57,691 bases of DNA from Folioceros fuciformis (Eukaryota). Positions 49,114-57,691 of this stretch are shown one piece after another (position 1 is the stretch's first letter; every line of letters begins with the position of its first letter). The notes beneath the pieces are model-generated. The model made no database searches, was not told where the DNA came from, and was given only the letters and a program-made list of their open reading frames with translations. A program made the position numbers and the translations under genes. The stretch lies in the NCBI GenBank assembly GCA_049999805.1, contig JBNGIO010006303.1, positions 201,775 through 259,465 of the forward strand. Direction: 5' to 3'.

Positions 49114-52100
49114 TCACCTGGAAAAGAATTCTGAGAGCATGGGCTGAATTCTCTTCCTTGACATGGTTGCATTTCCCTGGCTGTACGCCCTCATTTCCTT
49201 TGGTAATCCTGGCACATCCAACAGACTGGTCCATGAGCACCTACCTTGTCCTTGCGTTTGTGTGTCTGTTCAATTTACAGCCCTCAGCTTACCCTTGACA
49301 CTCAGCGGCTGAAGCTCCAGTCGTTCCTCACAGCTGACGTTGAAGAAGTGGGCAAGGTCTTCTGCCATTTGTGCGTGCTCAGGTGCAAGCACTAGCTCCC
49401 TCTGTGACAGGCCAAGAACATGAGAGCAGATGCGTGACGGCTTCTGTTCAAAGTGATCGATCACCTTCGGAAGCTAGTGATTTTTACCCTGAAGACGCCG
49501 GTCCGATCGTAGTAGCCAGTGATGATGAGGAGGAGCTTCAGCCTCTTCCACTCTGCGTGGTCCCGAAATGGAAGTTGTGCATTTTGGACTACGAACATTT
49601 CCAGAACCATTACAAACAGATTGAGAAGCGTACCTCGGAACCTGACGATGTCGTCAATCACATTAAGCTTCCTACTAAGGAACTCCCCTAGTGTCAGCCC
49701 AATCGAACTCATGCCAACTAAGATTCTCTCGCCCCGATAGCCATATTTTCCAGATGTCACTGAGGCAATGTCAAGCACAAAGGAGAAGTCATATGTCTTG
49801 AAAGGGCTTCAGTGTCTGAGGAGGCAGACGTAAAAACAGAGATAGAGTAGTACCAGGGCCAAAATTCCACAAGTTGAAATCCTTGCGCAGCATATCCCTT
49901 GTGCTGAGAACTGACGTGTCAAATTTCTTCTTTCTCACTGCACAGCGTGTCACCTGCTGAATGAATACGGTGGTACATAATTCTCTAACATAATATGGTG
50001 GAACACCAGATACGACGATGGCATCTACTCAATGAGGTCTTGGAACCAACTCACGTAGCTTATAGAAGCCATGCCGACCGTAGCAACCAGCTCCTTTCAG
50101 CAGCAAAGCTACGATCATTTCGTCTCGTTGTGTAGTTTGACCTGCTTTTCTGTCCAAGTTGGCTGTATCTAGGAGTATTGGTGCCAGCTACAGCCACAAT
50201 GCCCAGTACAGAGTCATAACCTTGGCCGCCTTGTGGTATCTGTCAGCCAATTTTGTGTTCCATGAATACATTCGACAGCATGTACCAGCAGTCTTTGGAT
50301 CCCTTGTCCTGCAAGGAGTTGAGGAGCTTCCGATGCGAACCTCTCTGCAATGAGTGTTGCGCATGATCCAACCTGCGAGAGGATCACTGGTCAAAACTCT
50401 GCGGTGACAAATGTTAGATGGAAGACCCTTGCAATTTGATTACCTGCTGTATCTCTCTAGCGAAAACCCATGGATACAGATCCTGGTCCTGTCCAGTGAA
50501 GATAGGGAGCCACATTACAGATGATAATCATTTTTTGCAACAGTGTGAGAGGTGCTTGCTAAACGAAGTAGGCATTTGCTCCGTCGATACCTGAAACTCC
50601 TGCCCTGGCGGTACGTGGTCAACAATCTCCACCACAGCCTCCTGTAGACCCTGTTCGCACAGACCATGAAGGAGTGGGCAAGTGTCATATCTATGGACAA
50701 CTGCCCAACTAACGCCGACTTATATCAACGGCAGTCCGTTCCACCGTCCACCGCAACATTTGATCACATGAATGCCTAGGAATTGTCATCACCTCCTGAT
50801 GAGGAGCCAGTTTGCTGTGATCCACGAGCACCAGTCTCAGATTTCCATATGTGCTGTAGTATGATAAGTTTATCTGCATTTCATCCATTGTCATCCTCGG
50901 GTTACTTTCCACAAGAGGCTGAAACCGTTATGGATTATTTGCGATACTGTGATGGAAGAAACACATTACCTCGTCGATAAATACAAGCCACTTCTCGTCA
51001 ATGCCACAAGTTTCGAAGATCCACAAGGCCTCCATACGAAGAGACAGATCTTCTCGTCTCATATTTATCACAGGCAGGAAGCAGTGGTGATCAGACTTTA
51101 TTGTTGAGTGCAGTAGATATGCGTAGGCTACTGAGCAGAGAATCGCGTCTGCCTCTGTCCATCAGAGGAAAATTCATTGTCAAAGCATGCATTACAGTCT
51201 GGACGAAAACAAAAGCAGATGGAACCCCGTTTACCTGCGGCCTCGTTGCCCATAACTGCCGTCAGTGATCTACCGTGTGATATTCCTCTTTCCAATTCAA
51301 GCCTGCCGTCTTTGAGAAAGGTATTCAGGGCGGACATATTGCTGTCTTTCAACACACCCTCAGCAGGAAGGTAACCCCCCATGTAATATGCTGCTGCGAC
51401 TCCAGAGACTGACATCCTGTTCTGTGCGTTGACATATCGAACCCTGGCAACAGCATCAGAAAAAGGTTTGGGGATAGAAGACGGTTGATCCTGACGGGAA
51501 CTTGCATCGCTCTCCTTGAGCGATAATTCAATAGTACTGTTGATTCGCCGAACAGCCTGTGGCTGATTTGCCTTCGGAGGGACACTTCCACTGTCATTGC
51601 CATTCTTGTGACCAGCCTCGGAGGCACTCTGACTCCGCTTGTGATGAAAATCTGACCTTTCCACAGAACTGGTGTTTAGCCTCCCACTCTGACCGATCTC
51701 CCCGCTCTGCCTTGTAGTGATGTGCCCTTCTCCACCGTCCGAGCTGTCATGGACAATGTCGAACTGAGGTGGAGGAAGTTGGAAGTTAAAGCGCTTGCTA
51801 GAAGGGGTCCGTTCTGGCTGTGGATGTGCTGCAGCCTGAACACCAGGCTCTTGCTTGGATTTCACCGATTGCTGGTGCCTCGGTATTGGCTTCTCCGTTT
51901 CTGTATCCCACTCAGGTCCTGCCACTTCATCATCATCCTCGCTGGATTCTTGCAAGCTGGCTCTTATTCTCTCCCGATATGCCCTCGACTTGGAAACTGT
52001 GGTCGATGAATGCGGCTGGAAGTCTGCATCTGGATTGAACATGGTGCTGTCATGCTGGTTGGATCGGAGTGGTAGATGTGGACCAAATTTACCTCTGATT

Positions 52101-53149
52101 GCACCGTCGGATGGCCCCTCGACCTCGGCTCTGCTCTCAGTAATTTCGACTGTGGAATCACTATTGACATCCGCACTAGTATCTGTGTCTTCCAGAAGCG
52201 TGTCTCCGTATGCGTGCTGCTTCTCTCCACCGTTATTACCTACGTCTTCTTGCAAGTCTTGTACCACCGATGTGGAAGGAATGGATATCTTGGCTCGCTC
52301 CTGAGTGATCCTCAGGCTCAATGCATCCCCTTTCCCGCTCACCACCGTGACATCATCCACGAAGGACTTCGAACTAACCGAAACCCTGGAATGCCTCCTG
52401 ATAGTCTTGGTAATTCCTGCTCCTCCTCCAGCTAAGTGGATGGAGGAAGGGACGACATCAAAATCACCGTCACTCTCGCTAACAAATCTGAAGGACTCCA
52501 CAGCCTGGTAGGATATAGCTGCGTGCGCATGGCCATCATCAGAAGCGGAAGAGAAGCTGTCAGAACGCGTGTGAGAAGGATTAGACTGGATTCGGCCCCT
52601 GCCATTTGGTTTCTGCGAGTCCCCATCCCCACTCGGCCTGACCAAGTGTCTGCGAGCTTTCTCCAATGTGACGGACTCGGATATGGACGATGAAGTGTGA
52701 TGTTTGATGAGATTGGTTCCCAGCGACTCCACTGCTTCATTCAACAGAATGAGCTGCTCGCCGTAGGGATTTCTCCGGCTCCCTCTTCCGGATACCGATC
52801 TCACGAAGTTCAATCTATTGGACTTGGCAGGGCGCTCCGCTATGAAGGATGCTTCATTCGCGGCCATGTCGGCTTGGCCAGACCCCAGCTTTGCGCTGAG
52901 AGAAGACCGTAGATGGCTGCCATTCGAATTGAATCTCAAAGAGGTCGCCGAAGATGAGGTGCGGGACGAAGACCTGGACAACGGAGGCGGCGAGACTCTC
53001 GCCACTCTGGGAGGCGACTGCATAGACGCGAGTGGTTGTGGAGAATCTGATGAGCGGGCCAGAGAAGTGTTCGACGTACTGGTAGACGACGAAGCCGTTG
53101 CCGATGCCGTTGCCTTGGCTCCGTGGCCAGGCGCATTTTTCTTGTTCAT
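49114..53149 (-). CDS. PRUNE/exopolyphosphatase-like DHH-DHHA2 protein with a ~600-aa disordered N-terminal extension
   Basis: Long exon 53149-51235 ending LNTFLK...AVMGNEAA, then exons 51154-50970 (EADAILCSVAYAY...LPVINMRREDL...LVFIDE), 50873-50793 (LVLVDHS), EAVVEIVDH, VGSCATLIAERF, ILLDTANL, MLRKDF, VGMSSI, RELV, YSQGNATMSRKRIQPML; TGA at 49114-49116. Confidence 0.9.
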
Positions 53150-53935
53150 CACTCCAGCGGATTTGCCTGGTTGTCGAGCTGCAAGCTCCCACAGGCAGCA
53201 AGGGAAGGAATTCTCGTGCTAATGTCGAGCAGCCTTGAGGAAGGAGTGCTCGGAGGTGCATGCACCAGCAGCACCTGCACCAGCACCAGCACCAGCAGCA
53301 ACAGATCCGACAGGCGTGCCGTGAGTCCGCGGCTATTTACATCCTCTCAACAGTCCACAATCTCGAGCTTTCATGCCCACTTTCAGCTTTCATACGATTG
53401 TATTCAATTCTGAAGCTAGCTGACGAGAAGAAAATCGAAGACAGGCACCATTCCTTCCGAGTCATGAGTCCAGACAGCTGGGACTCCTTGGTTCCAACGC
53501 CACTTAGGTCTTACATCATGCTGCCGTCTGTGGATCTGCCTCCAAACTTCCGCCCCGTTATGGTTTCTGGGTGAGCCGCACTGCTACGGTCCAGCCACAG
53601 GAGAAGCTCTGCTTCGCTTTCTACGACTAAAACATGGCAAAGCATGTTCTGTCTGGGGATAACTAAGTCCTCTGCTACCAAGCCCGATGCAAAAGTCGTT
53701 ACCTACGCATGTATGCACGTGCGTATACCCTACTACCGGCCTCTGAGTACGTACGTGGCCAGAAACTGCGGTTGTAAGGAATTTAATACAGTTTTACATT
53801 ACACGCTGGCTGTCGTAAACTGATATGTATCACTAGTTGTTGCAGTCTATATTAATAGTATATTATCAAACTTCTTTATGTTATTTAATCCTTAAACATT
53901 TAGCTGACTTGAGCTACAAAGATAGAGATAGACTT

Positions 53936-56900
53936 ATGGAGCAAGAGAGGGAGAGGACTGCTTTCACTTGGCCAAGTGATGTAATGAATATAATACACTC
54001 TGTTCTTGAACCAAAAGATCAATATTACTCCCTTATTGAGACTCACCACCAAGTGATCCAAGATCTCAATCATGTATATGTCTACATGTATTTATTTACT
54101 TCAAAAGAATGGGTAGACTAAAATTTTAATCTTTAGCTTCTTAATGCATGATCTCATGAGTTTCAGGTGAAAGGCTCACATTGGGAACATCGGAAAAACA
54201 CTGCACTTCTAGAACTTGATGATCGAAATCAGCAGTTGCTTCTTCTCCTAGAAAAGGTATTGAAAAGCAATGTTGTACTACAATTTGGGTTTATGGTTGT
54301 GGGTTTCTCTCAGTGCACTCACTACAAAGAGCTAAGGTATTTTGGAGTAAACTAACATCAATTGTTAAGTTTTGTAGTGTTGAAAAGCTAAACATATTGT
54401 TTTAGGCAGAAACAAGAATTCTTGAACTACAAGTTCAAGCTGAAAAGAAGGTTGCCTTGGAGGAGCTACATTTGTCTTCTAAGTATGAAACTTGGAGATC
54501 ACAACTAGTGAAACAAATGGTGTGCAATATGCGAAAGAGAAGGCAAAGAAACGTGTTATCTTGGTGGCATGAATATTGTACACAATGTAGATATGACAAA
54601 GTAAGACATTTTCTTTTGTGTCACTTTCTTAAACACTTGTATCATTTACAACCCACCTGGTTACCTGGTTTGGATTAAATCGAACATGCAGCATTTAGAA
54701 GACTTGGAAAGAACATGGAAGCTTCGGAGATTGAGAAGATTAGTAAAGGCTTTTGCAAATGGTGTGGCAAAGACTAGGATTACAAGATATCGATTAGTAC
54801 AGGCCGACCATCACAGATGTAGAACTATCTTGAGATGGATTATTTTTGCTTGGTTGCGTCTAACCTTAATGGCTACGAAACATAATCACAAAATTCAGAT
54901 AGTTACAACTCATTGGACTTTTCGGAGAGTGAAATCGATATTACATGCATGGTTGCAAATTCATAAAAAGAAAACATGGTTGACAACTCAAGAATTAAGA
55001 GCCGATCGATATTGGTATGTAAAACAAATTGGCATGTCATGGAAAACTTGGCGGTGGTTGATTTTAGATGCCAAAGAAAATGAATGTAATGCCATCCATT
55101 TTTCAACCTCCCATATCTTGCAAACAGCTTTACATGGATGGAAGACCATTACGAAAAATAACTTAACAGTTGCAGGTGAATTGAAACATTCTTTACAAAT
55201 GCAAAATCAAGTTATGTTATTGGATGTATTTCACAACTGGAATGCTACTAGAATCTATCACATTATACTCAATAACAGACATACCTCATTTGTTCAACGT
55301 AAATTAAACCGAACGCGTCGTTTTACATTTCATGTATGGCACAAGATTACCATATCACATAATCAAGTAAGATCCATTGGAAAAGTTGTAACAACAAGAG
55401 TGCGTTTTCATTCAAAGCAAGTTATCTTTCGTACTTTACAAGTGAATATGATAAACAAGCACAAACTTGTACAATTCATGAACAAAAGAAAAGAAAGGAA
55501 CAGGTAAATGAGGAGGAGCTATGTTAAGCAGTGTGAAATTTCTTTCCTTTAATGCACATTGAACAAGTTTTCATAACACCATATTACTATCTCAAATGCC
55601 TTTCTTTAGGTTGGCTATCATTAGAAGTTGGGCACTACATATAAGAAAAAGTAATAAAGCTACATACAACCTCATGTGCCAAAGTTTTGTTTCCTGGCAG
55701 CGTTTTGTAAGCCAATGCAGGTGAGTGTTAAAAGCTTGGAAACAAAGCATCTCATCTTTCAAACTTATCTTCAAAAACATAAACCCTTTCTCACAAACAA
55801 AACTCGTGCATTAAACCCAAATCTAAGCTTTGATCGCAATATATGATCTTTCAGAAGTATTCACTTGAAGGATGAGCAAGTCAGATTATCACAAGACATG
55901 CAACTTTTGAAGGCAACTCTCAGGGAGGATCAGAAAGTGCAACATACTATCCATGAACTAACAGCAAAATTAAAGCAAGAACATTCTGACATCATGGAAA
56001 GATTAAAGGATGTTACTGTTAAGTCTAGCCCTTGGACGTCCGGTTTTCTTGATGGTGAGAGTTTAATTTGTACAAAATTATCTTAAATCATGATAAATTA
56101 ATTTTCTTATCATCGTTCTCGTTTTGTATAGTTGAATTGCGGTGGAGCATTCAGAAAATTAGTGGCACCTGGTCTCCAGCAACACGGTTTGGACATTCAG
56201 CCACAATTGTCCCATCTGAATCAGAATCATGTGGTGGAACAATGTTTGTCATATTTGGGGGCTACGATGGCAGCAAATATATGAATGACATTTGCATTTT
56301 TGACACAAGTATTCATATCTCCTAGATTAGCTTCCTTTCCACCTCTTTGTTAGCTAGTTAAGTATTTAACCTATTAAAATTAGTTAACCCTAATTTACAT
56401 TAATCTTTTTGTGACAGACGATAGTAGATGGTGGAATGTTGAAGCAAAAGCTGCCCATCAAATCACTTTGCCTCCAGCTTTGCGGAATCATTCAGCATGT
56501 GCACATGGGAAAAATCAGATTATAATTTTTGGAGGATTTGACGGCACACTTGAAAGTGGACAACTTTTTGTACTTACCCTTTCTCCCGATCGAAGTATGG
56601 ATACTCTCAATGTCTTTATCATAACAATGTAACAAAATATATAAATATAATCCATTCCTTAAATTTATTAATTATTTTTACAGAATATTATGAGTGGACT
56701 AATCCACATTTTCATATTGGCGCATCTCCTAAACCATTAACACAACACACAAGTTGTGTTTCTGAAGACCAACATTACATGATACTTTTTGGAGGATATA
56801 GATATGATACAGGGTATCTTAATGAGCTTTGGGTTTTAAACTTATGCTGGATGACATGGACTTCTCCTGAGTGCTATGGAACTCCTCCGATGCCAAGGAG

Positions 56901-57623
56901 GGCTCATTCGGCTGTTGTTATTGAGATGCAAATGTATGTTTTTGGTGGGTTCGATGGAGTTAGCCATCTGGCTGATATGCACAAGCTGGACTTGAAAGCT
57001 ATGAGTTGGACTAAAATCAATCCAATGGGAGCCTCACCTTCACCACGAAGGCATCACTCCATGGTTGTGGTAGGACGACATATTATTGTATATGGTGGGT
57101 TCAATGGGATTAGTTTTCTAGATGATATACATAGCTTCGACACATCCACAAACATGTGGTCAGTTTGGGCTGTAATGAAACCTAAGAAAGATAGGGACTC
57201 CATAATGGATGTGGGTAAAGGAAAATTTGAAATATTTGGTAGATCAATGCATGCTATGGTTGCTTGTAAGCAACGAATTATCGTCTTTGGGGGGGCACAT
57301 GCAAATGGGATTCTTAACGATGTGTTGTATATAGAAAATGCAGCAGGTAGTTAAAGTAGGGAATTTTATTTATTATTTTATATATAATTAAAATATTAAT
57401 AATAGTACTTATAAAATTCTTCATTAACTATTTAAATATATGTGTATTATATGTGGTTACAGTGGTTGAAGGACTTCATTTGAAAACTTTATATCTTCAA
57501 TCCATGGAGAAAGTAAAAATATTTCACACACAAATTCTTGATACTCAAATAATTCTTAAGAATAAAACACTTCAGCTCACTAAAGCCCAAGTTAAAGTAG
57601 TGCAACTTCAAGCAATATTACGA
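53936..57623 (+). CDS. Sfi1-like centrin-binding repeat plus six-bladed kelch plus coiled-coil protein (3' partial)
   Basis: Trp-anchored repeats with mostly 33-aa period in 54686-55507; six kelch motifs (RFGHSA..FGGYDG, LRNHSA..FGGFDG, LTQHTS..FGGYR, RRAHSA..FGGFDG, RRHHSM..YGGFNG, RSMHAM..FGGAH); coiled-coil exon ending at a GTGAG donor near the window edge. Start uncertain. Confidence 0.8.
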
Positions 57624-57691
57624 GTGAGAAAAAAAAAATATAAAAAATAAAATAGTGATATAAAAATACAGTTAAATATAAATAATAAAAT

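Noticed and set aside
49270-51000. Protein-like plus-strand frames suggesting a decayed TE or virus
   Set aside because: They are antisense to the PRUNE-like exons, which explain the region.

Overview
Gene-dense nuclear DNA from a land plant with short (~80-150 nt) GT-AG introns and four assembly gaps. The PLS-class PPR remnant, the Sfi1-like centrin-binding repeats and the compactness suggest a seed-free lineage such as a hornwort or lycophyte (inference only). In order: hnRNP F/H-like qRRM gene; a full-length but decayed Ty1/copia element (2456-7879, minus strand, TSD GGTCT) inserted into a larger non-coding region of tandem repeats and dense hairpin arrays; RabH/Rab6 GTPase; helical-domain plus WD40 gene; SAWADEE homeodomain (SHH) gene; LRR-XI-like kinase with a broken ectodomain; PPR pseudogene; F-box/LRR gene; LRR-III pseudokinase; RING-H2 gene bracketed by telomere-like repeats; intronless malate synthase pseudogene; disordered orphan gene; RBL10-like rhomboid; PRUNE-like DHH/DHHA2 gene; and a Sfi1-repeat/kelch/coiled-coil gene running off the right edge. 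The most unusual items are the ~430-nt multi-hairpin element at 7890-8323 with neighbouring hairpin clusters, the Sfi1-kelch fusion, and a G-quadruplex motif at the 3' splice site of a G-tract-binding protein's own intron. All gene models were built by eye from translations and splice signals; no database searches were run.
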